Source of the DNA: Lytechinus pictus
Lineage: Eukaryota
DNA: 64,000 bases
Direction: 5' to 3'
NCBI RefSeq assembly: GCF_037042905.1
Contig: NC_087253.1
Coordinates: 25,296,001-25,360,000, forward strand
Below, piece by piece: positions 1 through 12,237 of this stretch (positions within the stretch are counted from its first letter, which is position 1; each line of letters opens with the position of its first letter). The translations under genes were made by a program, and so were the position numbers. The notes below the pieces were generated by a model. That model worked only from the letters and a program-made list of their open reading frames with translations, searched no databases and was not told where the DNA came from.

Positions 1-3000
1 CCCAACGAGGTGATACAATCTGTCAGGAATCGGCTTTATGAAGAAGGTCATGTCTTTGCTAGCTACGAAGCCATTCTGTATAAAAAGAAGTACGCCATAT
101 TGGTTAATCTTTGAGACAAATCATAGGTCTATACCAGTTAGAATCGCATTTAAATAAGTAAAGTAAGAATTCAATAAGAGCGTCGATATTTGTATGAGAT
201 CCGATAATAATTTGGCCAGACAATACTTTTATTAATCAATATAACATCAAACACATTGAGTCAGTTTGTTTTCAATAGGGCCTACTTTGATAAATTGTCT
301 TTGAATATTCAGAAAAATGCATACCAATAATCTTCCATTTTGTTCGCTTAAGGACACCATAGAATCATGTTTTTGACCCCTCACGTGACCGACATAGTAT
401 CCATGGTTACGGTGTAAACGTTGCGCTCTGAGCGACGTGTGGTTGGTGCCGGTTCCATGCCAGTGATGAAGGACGACGTGTTCAGGAAAGACATTGTCTA
501 GAAGATCGACAAAATAAAAAATAGACCCAGGAATGGAAGCAAACAGGAATACGAAGAGAGAGAGAGGATGGGGGGGGGGGGGGGGAGAAAAGGAGATCAA
601 GGTACAGGGAGATATTGGATTTGATTTATTAATTTCCACATTCCAATAACAAAAGTATATACAAGTGTAATCATTTTCTCTTAGCATAACATAACAATAA
701 GCAAATGACATAATGAATAACATATGCTGATAATAATGATATTAATGACAATGTGAACAATTACATCAATAATTATAATGGTGATGGAAATGATGATGAA
801 AACATGATGATGATGACAATGATGTTAATCATGATGATAATTATAATGATAATGAAATTTACACATTTAAAAGAAAGTACTTACTATTATCCGGCTCCAA
901 GTCGAGCGTATATTCTGTGCCGAAAGCGTGTATAAGATATGAACGCCCACCATCACTGTCGTGGGATTGGTGGAAGGTTTGATCATGTGATACCCTTGAG
1001 CTATGATTCTGTATTCTGATTGGCTGGATGATCTCGTACTCTGGAACTGCATAATGGAGAAATATTGACTTTCATTTCTATTCTTTTATTTCCACTCCAA
1101 GATAAAAACATTCATAACTATTTTGTACAATAAAACGAGGCATACTGTACTGGTGGTAAGAATAGAAAAATTGCATTAAACATGCTACATCAAGAATCTT
1201 GTTAGAAATTAACATTGTGCTTTAAAAGCACGAAGAAGATAAGTTTCATGATACTTTGCTTCAACATGTTTCGAATAGACAGTAATAATTTTAACCTTCT
1301 CTACAATCAGTCAATAAGTGTAATTTCTATTAATGATTATACATCAGTAGGATCTTTTCAAATGGGCTAAGGAATATAGATTTCAGTAAAATTTTCTGTA
1401 TTAATGCAGTAAAATGGGTATAAATAATCAATGTAGGGCCTATAAGCTTTTGCATTCTTTTGCAATGTACACACCCACCCAATCCCCAGCAAATTGAATA
1501 ACTGTGTCTTTTCAAACGAATAAAATTTTCTTTCTCAAACAAAATTGAATTGTAGAATACATACCTTCACTATATGACTTAACTCCAAAGAAATCTACCA
1601 GTTCATCTCTGGTCATATGACGGTGTATCTAGCGATAAATGGATAACAGAGCATTGTTTTATTTTCCTTAATCATGAACCCATTTCAAATCAAGAATACA
1701 CTATTAAAATTGTTAGAACCTTTGATTGATCCATTTTTGTAACCTTTTCAGGTCCTTTGGAACCGTTAAATGTTCTATAACATGTACAAGGTACCTTCTC
1801 AGGTTCTTTATACAACATGGGGTTATCCACATTGGCGGCGGAAGTAAAAAAATTGGGGGGTCCACAAAAATTTTAGGGGGGGGGGACGCAGGAAACAAAA
1901 TTGACAAGCAAAAAAAAAAAAAAAGGTTATCAACAGAGATTTTAGGGGGGGTCCGTCCCCCCCACCTCAAATTTAGGGGGGACAGGACCCCCCCCCCCCC
2001 CCCGTCCTCCCACTTCCGCCGCCTATGGTTATCCAGGGTTCTCATGTAGGGGGTTCGATTCCTTTTCTTTCCTTGCAGAAAATATGACAAGCAAACAAAA
2101 AGGGTCATCAGTCAAAATTCTCTGCCATTATGTCTCCGACAAGATACCCCAGGGCTCCGTCTTACAAAGAGTTACGATTGATCCAATCAATCGTAACTCT
2201 ATGGAAATCCATCAGTGTCATGATTTTTTCTACTGAAGAAATTTGCAAAATGTCCTTTGTAAACAAGAAGATCACACCAAATTGTCAAGAAGTCAATGAA
2301 TTTTTGGATATACATTCATATCTAGATTTTTTTTTAAAAATAAACATGCATTTTATATGTTGACTTGGCTGGCTTTCCATAGTTGCGATTGTAAGACGGG
2401 AATATCTTTGTCGGAAGAAGGTCAGAGTAACTCTGTCCTGACTGGCACTACTCCGACTTTTCCTCCGACCATTTCTCCGATCAAACAGCCTCCGTCTGGG
2501 TAGTGCAAGATAAATACTTGTTCGGAATTTTAACCATGCATAATAGAAATTAACTCCGACCAGGATCTGATACGTCTGAACGAGACTTTCTTGTGGTATA
2601 TGATATTGTCCGATAAAAGCTCATATGAAAGGTTCACCTGCCGTTCTTAAAGTCGCTTCCAATTTACGAATATCTTTATGAAATACCTACCAGGATCAAA
2701 CAAGTTTTTTATTTCCGTGGTCTGAACGAGATTTTTTAAGAAAGACATGCTATTTCATTTCTTGACTGGTTGCCAGACAAACCAAACATGAGGGAGACCA
2801 ATGAATGCATGTGATAAATAGTCGGTTTCTCAAAACTATTGTGTCTTATCCGGCTGGTTCGGCTCTTGAATGTGATTAAGCCCTTTTCGTTACAATGATT
2901 ACTTCTACGACTTGGTATGCATTAAGTCATGGACCTATTATGCTGCAGTCACATTTCTCCAACGGCGCTCCGTTTTATTCATTTTTATTCAAACCGCTGG

Positions 3001-3263
3001 TACAAAAAACTTGTTAAAACTGCCGTTTTCGACTCGCCGTACGGCCGCCAAAAGGGAAATGTGACTGCAGTATTAACGCGGACAAGATGGCTGCAGACTG
3101 CAAGTGGTTTAAAAAAACAAGTGGAATAATCAAGATAGATCAACAAAATAGGTGTCGATGATCTACTTACCTTGTGCCGTAATGCAATCGAAGGCCATGT
3201 CAGCAGGCAGGAAACCAAATGAATCGCTATGACGAAATGACGACGCGCAATCCACAGCGACAT
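1..3263 (-). CDS. Secreted M12B (ADAMTS/reprolysin-like) metalloprotease, 5' part: signal peptide and prodomain; continues off the left edge
   Basis: Phase-compatible GT-AG exons on minus: 3171-3263 (MSLWIARRHFVIAIHLVSCLLTWPSIALRHK, signal peptide), 1565-1628 (IHRHMTRDELVDFFGVKSYSE), 885-1046 (VPEYEIIQP...SYLIHAFGTEYTLDLEPDN), 325-497 (NVFPEHVV...YYVGHVRGQKHDSMVSLSEQNGRLL), <1-75 (NGFVASKDMTFFIKPIP). The motifs YEII.P, AFG..Y.LDL.P, Y.G.V.G...S.V.LS and G......FFI.P match the Pep_M12B_propep pattern. Confidence 0.85.
1830..2027. mobile_element. hAT-like MITE in an intron of the metalloprotease gene
   Basis: Termini CATTGGCGGCGGAAGT and ACTTCCGCCGCCTATG; perfect 8-bp TSD GTTATCCA at 1822-1829 and 2028-2035. 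Confidence 0.8.
2152..2400. mobile_element. Harbinger-like MITE (GGGCYCCGTCTTACAAAGAG family), partial
   Basis: Starts gggctccgtcttacaaagagttacgattgatc and ends gtaagacggg; same family as 7949-8936. Confidence 0.6.
2939..3075. mobile_element. Short palindromic MITE; related copy at ~10579-10735
   Basis: Inverted ends ctgcagtcacattt and aaatgtgactgcag; shares the internal ttttcgactcgccgtacggccgcc with the 10.6-kb copy. Confidence 0.6.
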
Positions 3264-3818
3264 GGCAATTAATGATGTATTGCTTTTTATCTAACTTATG
3301 ACGGAGGCGTATAGTCTTAGACCAATTCGGTCTGGGTTCTGTTTTTAATAATTTCTGACTGGGTCTTGTATGCGTTTTAAAAGAACATGACAGAGCAAGA
3401 CATACGACTCACATTCATCTTGAGACCTTTCCCGCTTCAAACACCATGAGAGCCGGACATGGCTGGAGGCTCATAAGAAGTCCAATAATAGGGAATTTTC
3501 TCCTCCATGACGAATGAAGGATTTAAGAATATAGAGAATGTATTATCAATTATACCCTTCATGACAAAGCACAACCAAAAAGTCTTTGTCGAATATTGTT
3601 TAATCAAAACAACATTTTTGTCCTGGAGCCTGGACAAACGAAATACTTCCAGCTTTTTGTCAGCTCCGAAACTTAGGACGAAACTGCTTTTTCGGGTTCA
3701 CCAATTCTCGACAAAGACCTCCCAACTGTTCATTGTCATTTGACGGGCGTTTCAATACATTTGCTGTGTTCTTGAATTCGTCCACGTTGCAGTGCGAAAG
3801 TTCCCTGTTATCATTCGG

Positions 3819-3975
3819 GGCTCCGTAAAACAAAGGTTTGCGATGAATTACAAATATGAAAGAACCGCACTGATTGGTTTCCGTTCAGTATTTTAATCAG
3901 AGTGCGTATGCAACGATGATTTTGATTGGTCATTGGTATTTAGCGATTGATTGCAAACCTTTGTGTTAAGGGGCC
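3819..3975. mobile_element. Harbinger-like MITE (GGGCTCCGTAACACAAAGGTT family); second copy at 24497-24653
   Basis: Inverted ends ggctccgtaaaacaaaggttt and aacctttgtgttaaggggcc. Confidence 0.6.
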
Positions 3976-4455
3976 AAGGTGATTGCGTAACCAGTCAAAC
4001 GTGTTGACCGGTTCACTGTTGTTAGACAAAGGCCTTTACTTCTTGAAACAATCCCGACTTCCCAGACAGAAGTTACCACATATCTTTTTCCTAACACATT
4101 CAAAGTGTACGCATATTTTGCAAACAAAGCTAGTTCTTTAATGCCTGAATGCTTACCAGAGCCGTACCAGACGTAACAACAGCTATTGTGTGCAAACTGT
4201 ATTTCAGTATGTTCGACTTTTCAGACAGACGTTACCGCATACTTTCCCCTAACATATTCAGAGTATGCATATTTTACAAACAAAGCTATAGTTCTTTAAA
4301 ACCTTAAAAGTTTGTAGAGCTAGTCGCTTGCCAGACATAGCAACAAGTATTGTATGCAAACTGTATTTCACGTATAGTCTTTGTAACAGGTGGAGGAATA
4401 TCTTGTTACTAGGTTCCCGTAGGAAAGAAACTTGCCTTAATTGGAATCCTATATA

Positions 4456-7029
4456 CAGAGTGAGTAAGAAAAAATGTCCCATCAGTTCGAGACAATGTCT
4501 ATAGTACTGACCTCACAAAAAAGTTGTTAGCGCTAACAGAGGCCCTAATGTTACAACAATGCATTACTTACACATTGAAATAAATATTTGACATAAAAAT
4601 CCGAAAGATGTGACTGGGCTTACTGTTAGGGGCATTTTCACGGTAACTGACATTACACGGCACAATGTTTTCACACCTTTCATTGTGTGTACCTCTAAAA
4701 CAACAAATGATGGGAGTTTGCTTTTGATAGAGTTAATAAAGTGAACCTTGCTGTAAACTCTGATACTAAGTTTTCCTAAGTAACCACATTTTTTTACGCA
4801 TCAGCAAGCAAAAATGTGTCGGTAACTGACATTACGCAAAAAGACATGCAATTTCAGGGTGTTCATTAAAATTGAAATATCTTATGTCCCTGAGTAGATA
4901 GAGAAATAATTTGAATATGTAAATATACCTCCGTTACTAGGTTAAGATGTGTCAAAATATTAAACAATTCGTTTTTGTCTTTTGGGGGCTATGATAATTT
5001 TTCCACAACCATGCTGGTAACTGACATTACGGTAACTGACATTACACTTAATTTGCCATAGAGATAACACATGGAAGTCAAATGTGTGGAATCATTGCAT
5101 TGTATCTTCTGTGCAGGGCTTCACATGAAAGTGAGCTTGATGTGGAAGTATACCCGAGTTTCTAGGAACGTTTCAATGAAAAAAAAAAATCTTTTTCTTA
5201 ATTCCTTTCTTTGATTTGAACATTTTTATCATTACTTGTTGGTAACTTACAATACAAATTAACATTTACCAGTGCTGTATGATTTTCAAAGGCATAATTT
5301 TCTTGTTACTTATATGTAAGGCTTTTTAAAATCATAAAAGTTTCATAATACTTCACATTTTTAATTATCAAAAGATAAGAAATGTATGTTTTACTTACTC
5401 GGGGGGGGGGGGTGGTGGGGTCATAGCAGCTACATGTTTTCCTAAAGTAATTTAATATTGCATTGACTGTACACATGGATTTTTCTGACTATACACCCAT
5501 GATATATTAATCAGTTTATATAGACTTTTTAAACCTTTTTCTTCTCCAACCTCCCCCTCCCCTTAAAAAAGGCAAAATGAATAAGGGTCTCCTCCCCTAG
5601 GCTACACGTACCCCTCCCCCGAATCTCATGCAGCCATGTAGTTTTATTGATTTCTATTCTGGTCAGTGCAAGCAATGCTTGCTCATATCTGTCGGATTTC
5701 AATTCTCTTCATAATTTGTTTAATCATTTTCTTTGCTAATTTCTTTTTTAAGCTGTCAACAAAAAATAAACTCCAGCTTCTAAACTGATACTGAACTATT
5801 TGTAAATTAGAAAAAAGACACAGTTTTAGTAGATCCATGCAACATTGATCAGAACTGTCAAATTTCACTTTTCATTTATACTTGTAAACCAAAAACAAAA
5901 TTGTATCACACATCCACACCTGTATAAACACCAGGAATTTACTTTTAGCGAAGCAATGCTCAAAAGAATCCTAGAAACTAAAAAAGGGACCCTGTAAATC
6001 CCCTTCATCACAATGTTAAGCTTAATTTTTTTTTGCATATTTAGGCAAAAGGTTGGGAAAAGTACCCCCTACCCCCCCCCCCCGAGAACCAACAAAAAAT
6101 TGTCTGATACAAACAATTAGGTACTTGGTAAGTGCATGTACAAAACAATTTCATAGTATTTTTTTTTGCACAATGGGAATGCAACTTCCTTCATAATTTC
6201 AAATAGTATTCCTTGTGAAATATACCTTTTAAAAGTCAATAGCAAGCTCCTTCTGGTGAGACTTTCAAAGTGAAAGACTTAATAACAAGTATACAATATT
6301 TCTTCACCATAAAATTGACCACATATTTGCATTTCAATATTGGTAACCAACGTTTTATCATGGTATATGACATTACATCTCGGTAACTGACATTACATTT
6401 TCCACTTGGTAACTGACATTACATATATTTAATGGTACCCTATGGCTTCATTGTTAATTGGTAATCTTTAATTTTGGTGTAGAAGGGAGGGGTGTTACCT
6501 AGAGAGGAAATCTACCAAGTTTCATATAATATATCCTCTTTTCCAGGAAATGAGAAAAAAAGTTCATGTTTTCGGTAACTGACATTACATACCATATCAC
6601 ATACTTCATCAATGTTTTTTTATCAGATGAATGAATTACTGGTGTTTCTTTCTGTGGGATTTCAAAAAGTGTTATAATAGCAAGCTAAATCTCAGGCGAA
6701 AACATCATGATCAAACCTGTTCTTTAAAAATCTGTCAAAACGAAATATGTATCAATATACTATTTTCAACACTAATTTGTATCCATACTTTGGCAGCCAT
6801 TTTGAAATAAAAAATGGCTGCCAGAGTCGGAAAAAATGTTTGTCTCAGAAACTTCAGGTCTTGTTTTATTAAAAAACATAAAGCATTTGACATGAATATC
6901 AACTTGATTTTTTTGCCTCTGTGTCCATCTGTGGTAAAAAATGCCCTTAGGCTTTCGTTTCTGTGTGACCGGCACAGAAGATTAAATGTTCATAATTGAT
7001 AGTGGGGAAAAAATTTCTGACTCACTCTG
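4456..7029. mobile_element. Non-autonomous Tc1/mariner-like DNA transposon, 2.6 kb
   Basis: TA|CAGAGTGAGTAAGAAA at 4454 and TTTCTGACTCACTCTG|TA at 7031 give a TIR with TA duplication. No transposase ORF. Seven exact internal copies of GGTAACTGACATTAC. Confidence 0.75.
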
Positions 7030-7948
7030 TAGATGCTTTTCTTTTTATACTCTTCTTTCTTTCCTCCTTCTCTTTTTCCTATTTTTTCTTCTCTTTTTTA
7101 CAACTTGAAACATCAATAATAGAGTAACTCGGGTAAACAACACACAAAATATTAACACAAAAACTCAAAACTTGGAATAAAGTTTAATGTCCGAACACCA
7201 ACGCAGAAATCAACATTTGGATTCTGATCATAAACAAATCAGTTTTCAAAACTTTTAACATTTGTGATTAGAATGACTATGATTCGTCATCCGAAATACC
7301 GAAATTAAAATGTCATCTTGCTGTATAGCATGACTGATTCAAGTCCACTTTGATTGAGAACAATAGCCCTACTTACATCTTACAACTTTCTTCTATAAAA
7401 ACCTGGTCTCACAAATAATTATGATTGATTCGATCAATCCACAACTATGGAAATAAATAAACGTCATAATACCCCAGATAGGAAATCAACAAAATAGGGA
7501 ATTTTGACAACTATTATGCAGACGCTTACTGGAACGTTGAAAATCAATTGTCAGAAGCCCCTCATGACAGAGCAGTCTTTGTCGAATATCGGTGAATCAA
7601 AACAGCAGTGCCGTCCTGGACTCTGGACAATCAATATAAATCATTTTCAATTTTTCGTCAGCAATCTTTGGACGATCTGCCATCCCGATTCACCTATTTT
7701 CGACAAAGACCTCTCAGTGGTTCACTGCGATTTGACGGGCATTTTCAATAGATTTACTGTGTTGTTGAATGCGTTCCCGTTGCAATTGTGAAAATTCCCT
7801 ATTATGCCTTTAGAAACGAACGGAAGCCAAAAATCGATTCGACATAAAGTGCACCATGTTATTCTATGATTATTGTAATAGTATTATTTGAAGGCTCTAA
7901 ACGTATATCAAACATAATTTGTGATGGTAAACTTTATATAACCTGCAT

Positions 7949-8936
7949 GGGCCCCGTCTTACAAAGAGTAATGATTGATCAGATCAATCTCAACTATGGA
8001 AATCCATCAATATCATAATTATTTATTCAGAAAATTTACACATCAGCATCCCTTTGAAAACACCGGGTAGCACGCTTGATTTGTCAAGACAATGATGTAT
8101 GTTCGATTACAAACTATAGTTGGACAGCAATTTGAACAGATCTATTCATTCAAGATATTGCCTGTGCCGGCTCTCCATAGTTGTGATTCATCGGATCAAT
8201 CATAACTCTTTGTATGTCAAGGCAGTACGGAGTTTCTCACCGCGACGAAGAACGATTCAAGAACACAGTAAATGTATTGAAAAATACTAGTCAAATGACA
8301 ATGAACACCTGGTAGGTCTTTGTCGAATAATGGTGAACCGGACAGCAATGTCGTCCCAAAGTTTCGGAACTGACGAAAAAATTGTAAACGTGTCGCTTTG
8401 CCAGAGTCCAGAACAAAACTGCTGATTTGATTCACCCATTTTTGACAAAGACTTCTTGGTTGGTCTTTGTCATGAAGGGAATTTGCCCATAAATCTTATA
8501 CGTTCTTTGAAGCGTTCTGCGTCGGGGCGCAAAGGCTCCACAATGATTTGTGTGAAAGACGTTTTTAGAAAACACTAATGGATTGTATTGATCTAGATAT
8601 TGGTAACAATGAAGTTTCATATAGTTATAATTGATCGAATCAATCGTAATTCTTTGTAAGACGGGGCCCAGGGTCCATCTTACAAAGAGTTACGATTGAT
8701 CCGATCAATCACAACTATGGAAAGCCGGCACAAGCAACATCTTGAATGAATAGATCTGTTCAAATTGCTGTCCAACTATATAATCGAAGATACATCATTG
8801 TCTTGACAAATCAAGCGTGATACCCGTTGTTTTCAAAGGGATGTTGTGTAAATTTTCTGTATAAATAATTATGATATTGATGGATTTCCATAGTTGAGAT
8901 TAATCAGATCAACTATTACTCTTTCTAAGACGGGGC
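7949..8936. mobile_element. Two abutting Harbinger-like MITEs (7949-8668, with an internal insertion, and 8671-8936)
   Basis: gggccccgtcttacaaagag...ctttgtaagacggggccc, then cag, then ggtccatcttacaaagag...ctttctaagacggggc. The internal parts are inverted relative to each other. Confidence 0.65.
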
Positions 8937-10578
8937 ACAGGTTATAGAAAGTTTACCCTCACAAATTATGTTTGTTATACGTTTAGAGCCTTCAAAAAAT
9001 TATTACAATAATCATAGAAAAGAATAGTGCACTTTTTCGAATCTTGAAATATACTTAAGATCAACTGTCCATTCATTTCAGCAATTATTCAAGCAATCAC
9101 AATGTACTTACTACTTGTAAAGTACAATAACTTTGTTATATACATTTAAAAGTCAGCACTGTCTTGTTTATTTTGTTGAAAAAATGTTGCAAATATACTG
9201 ACCGAAGGAATGATTTCCTTAGCAAAATATATTGACATACTTTGTATATGACTGTAGGCAAGCGTTAAAATCTGATTTTTTTTTTTGGGGGGGGGGGGCG
9301 GGGGGTGGGAGAAAAAAAACCTTCACACAGAATTTAAGTTAATTATTGTTACTTTTAAAAAGTTACCTATGTGAATATTCATAACAGATTAACAAACATC
9401 TATTAAATATAAGTGCCATGCTGTAAAGGAAACACATCGTAGTATCAAATGGGACATCACATCTTCATAAGCACAGCGTGACCCGCATTATTGGCAAGAA
9501 TATATAGATATATACCCAGAAATTCGTAAAAGAATATAATAATAATTATAGACCTTAGTGTTCATGTATGATATTTAAGGGAAATAAAAAACGATGACTA
9601 TGAAAATGTGAGTAATATAACATAAAACGTTTTCGTTTTATTGTAAAAACAATAGGCCTACTTTACCATACGCTATGTGCAAAGAAGTGAGAATAGTAAC
9701 CATGACAATAGCTGCTTAAACTAGACAGGGCAATTATCCAAACAATGGCCATCGTTTGCATATGTGATGGCGCATTAGCTTTCAAATGTCACTTGTGAAA
9801 CTTTTCATATCCAAATGGACCTTCAAATGAATTGTTTAAAACGAAATAATCAGGTAATATTAGCACAACCTTTCTCAAATAATACAACAGGCTGTTTTAC
9901 ATTTTGTATTGATAGTGTGGTGAGGTAATATATTACATATAATACACCACGCAGACCAAATATTATACATAAAACACAAATTACATGTGTATACGTTCTC
10001 TTATAATCAGCATTCAAGCTCTTATTTACATCTAACAAAAACGACAATAAATTATCGATATATCGTTCGATAAAGCGTATTAACACAATAAAAAAAAACA
10101 TATTTCGACAAATCCGATACAGATAGATGCAAACATATAAATATAACGACCGGCCGAAGCAGCACAAATTTATATATACTACTCTATGAATATAAAAAGA
10201 CGGATTTTAACGCAAGCTTAACAATGAACATTAAAACAATTCGAATAATGAACGATGAGCACTGAAATCTGCTAATAATACTCGTAACAAACCAAATCAA
10301 AGCTTTCAATTTCAAATTGAAGTTTCATAAATGTCAAACCAAACAATAAATATAATTTATGCAAAAGAAAAAAAATAGTATAACTATAATGGAAATATGA
10401 AACGGGAAATAATTACTTATTAATGTGAAAAGAAACATAAACGAATTTATTTTCATTGAATAACGGATTAATCGTAGATTTTTTTTTCATTTACGGCAGA
10501 TAGAGTTACATCTAGAAAACAATCAATGTACACTAAAAAATGAAATATTAATATGTTATCCAGGGCATGTACAATACT

Positions 10579-10735
10579 TATACCTCTGTCACATTTGTTC
10601 TACGGCGGCCGTACAGCGAGTCGAAAACAGCAATTTTAACATTTTTTGTTCCAGCTAAATATTGGTGCTTTTGAATAAAACGGCTGTTTTCGACTCGCCG
10701 TACGGCCGCCGTAGAGCAAACGTGACCGAGGTATT
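10579..10735. mobile_element. Palindromic MITE
   Basis: Arms tacctctgtcacatttgttctacggcggccgtacagcgagtcgaaaacagc and gctgttttcgactcgccgtacggccgccgtagagcaaacgtgaccgaggta. Confidence 0.7.
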
Positions 10736-11689
10736 ACTGATCGACGAACAGAAAGGTGATTAATAGCGTATTGCAATCAAGGTTCAACTATATGTTTTGA
10801 TAAAAAATTGAATGAAGAAAGAAAAGCGACTGATGTACGATTTTAAGAAAAAAAGAAACATAGCTCAAAAACGCGAGCAACATTAATTCAAATAGCAATA
10901 TTTGTTTGTTTTTTCAATTGAGAAAAGAAGTCAAATTCGACTGGGATTCCTGCAGAATCATAGGAAAGAACTTCGATTTGAAAATAAGCGAATAACGGGT
11001 CTGCAGTTCCACGTTAAATGAGATGATTAAACACACTTTAACGAAAATGTTTGTACGATGAAGAAAAAATATAGTTATACAGATATTAAGATAATACGTG
11101 GATATTGGTAAAAAAATACATAATGCAATGTTGAAATGAAAAACAAAAATTGTACGCAGACTAGAAAACAAAACGAGAACTGTGATTGTACATTAATATA
11201 TAGCTATTAAAAGTATCATTAAATGTAAAGGCAAACATCAATGTCAGATGGATTAAAGATAATTTTCAGAAAGAGCAACGAATTAAATTTTTTTTCCAGA
11301 ATTTTACCCTCCCCCCAAATAAGCATGTACATTTCAACATAGTATTTGATAGAACAAGAAAAACATGTATGGGCCTACTATGCAGGCTTGAAATAATATT
11401 AGGCCAGGACAACGGAGGGCTTCGAATGGGTATTATGAATTTATAAATGAACTTTCTTCATCCTTTAATTTCAATAGTGTATTATACAAGTTTTGAATTC
11501 TTTGAATGTCCAAATAGAATAAAGCATCTAGAGTAAATTATGGTAATGGGTATCTATTTTTGTTCTAGAATTTAACAAATCAATGATCGATAAACCAACA
11601 TTATTCAATTACTATACATGGAAATTACGTCACTAGAAAATATGCATTACTTATTATTAATCATGTTCAACGATTTGTAACGATGTGAC

Positions 11690-12195
11690 GGGTGGCTGAG
11701 TAACGGTGTAAGGTGGTTTAACCGTGTATAAAGATGACGGACTAACCGTGCAAGGATGACGGACTAATAACCATGTAAGAATGGCGGACCAAGGTGTAAG
11801 GAATAAGGATGGCGGACTAACCGTGTAAGAATGGCGGACTGACGGCGTAAGGATGGCGGACTAAGTTGTAAGGATGGCGGACTAACGGTGTAAGCATGGC
11901 GGACTAACGGTGTAAGGATGGCGGACTAACGGTGTAAGGATGGCGGACTAACGGTGTAAGGATGGCGGACTAACGTTGTAAGGATGGCGGACTAACGGTG
12001 TAAGCATGGCGGACTAACGGTGTAAGGATGGCGGACTAACAGTGTAAGCATGGCGGACTAACGGTGTACGGATGGCGGACTAACGGTGTAAGGATGGCGG
12101 ACTAACAGTGTAAGCATGGCGGACTAAGGTGTAAGGATGGCGGAATAATGGTGTAAGGATGGCTGACTAACGGTTTAGGGATGGCGAACTAACCG
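11690..12195. repeat. 22-bp minisatellite (GGCGGACTAACGGTGTAAGGAT)n, ~20 copies, just 3' of the homeobox stop codon
   Basis: Directly visible tandem units; homogeneous at 11870-12130 and degenerate at the edges. Confidence 0.95.
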
Positions 12196-12237
12196 CCTAA
12201 TGGGTGGTGGACAACCGGGATTTGGTAAGGGTAATCT

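Noticed and set aside
867-1052. 61-aa ORF MQFQSTRSS...
   Set aside because: Wrong frame; the real exon 885-1046 reads VPEYEIIQP... in another frame fixed by splice phases.
11690-12195. CRISPR-like regular repeats (also 28045-28565)
   Set aside because: Head-to-tail tandem units without unique spacers, no cas genes, eukaryotic context.
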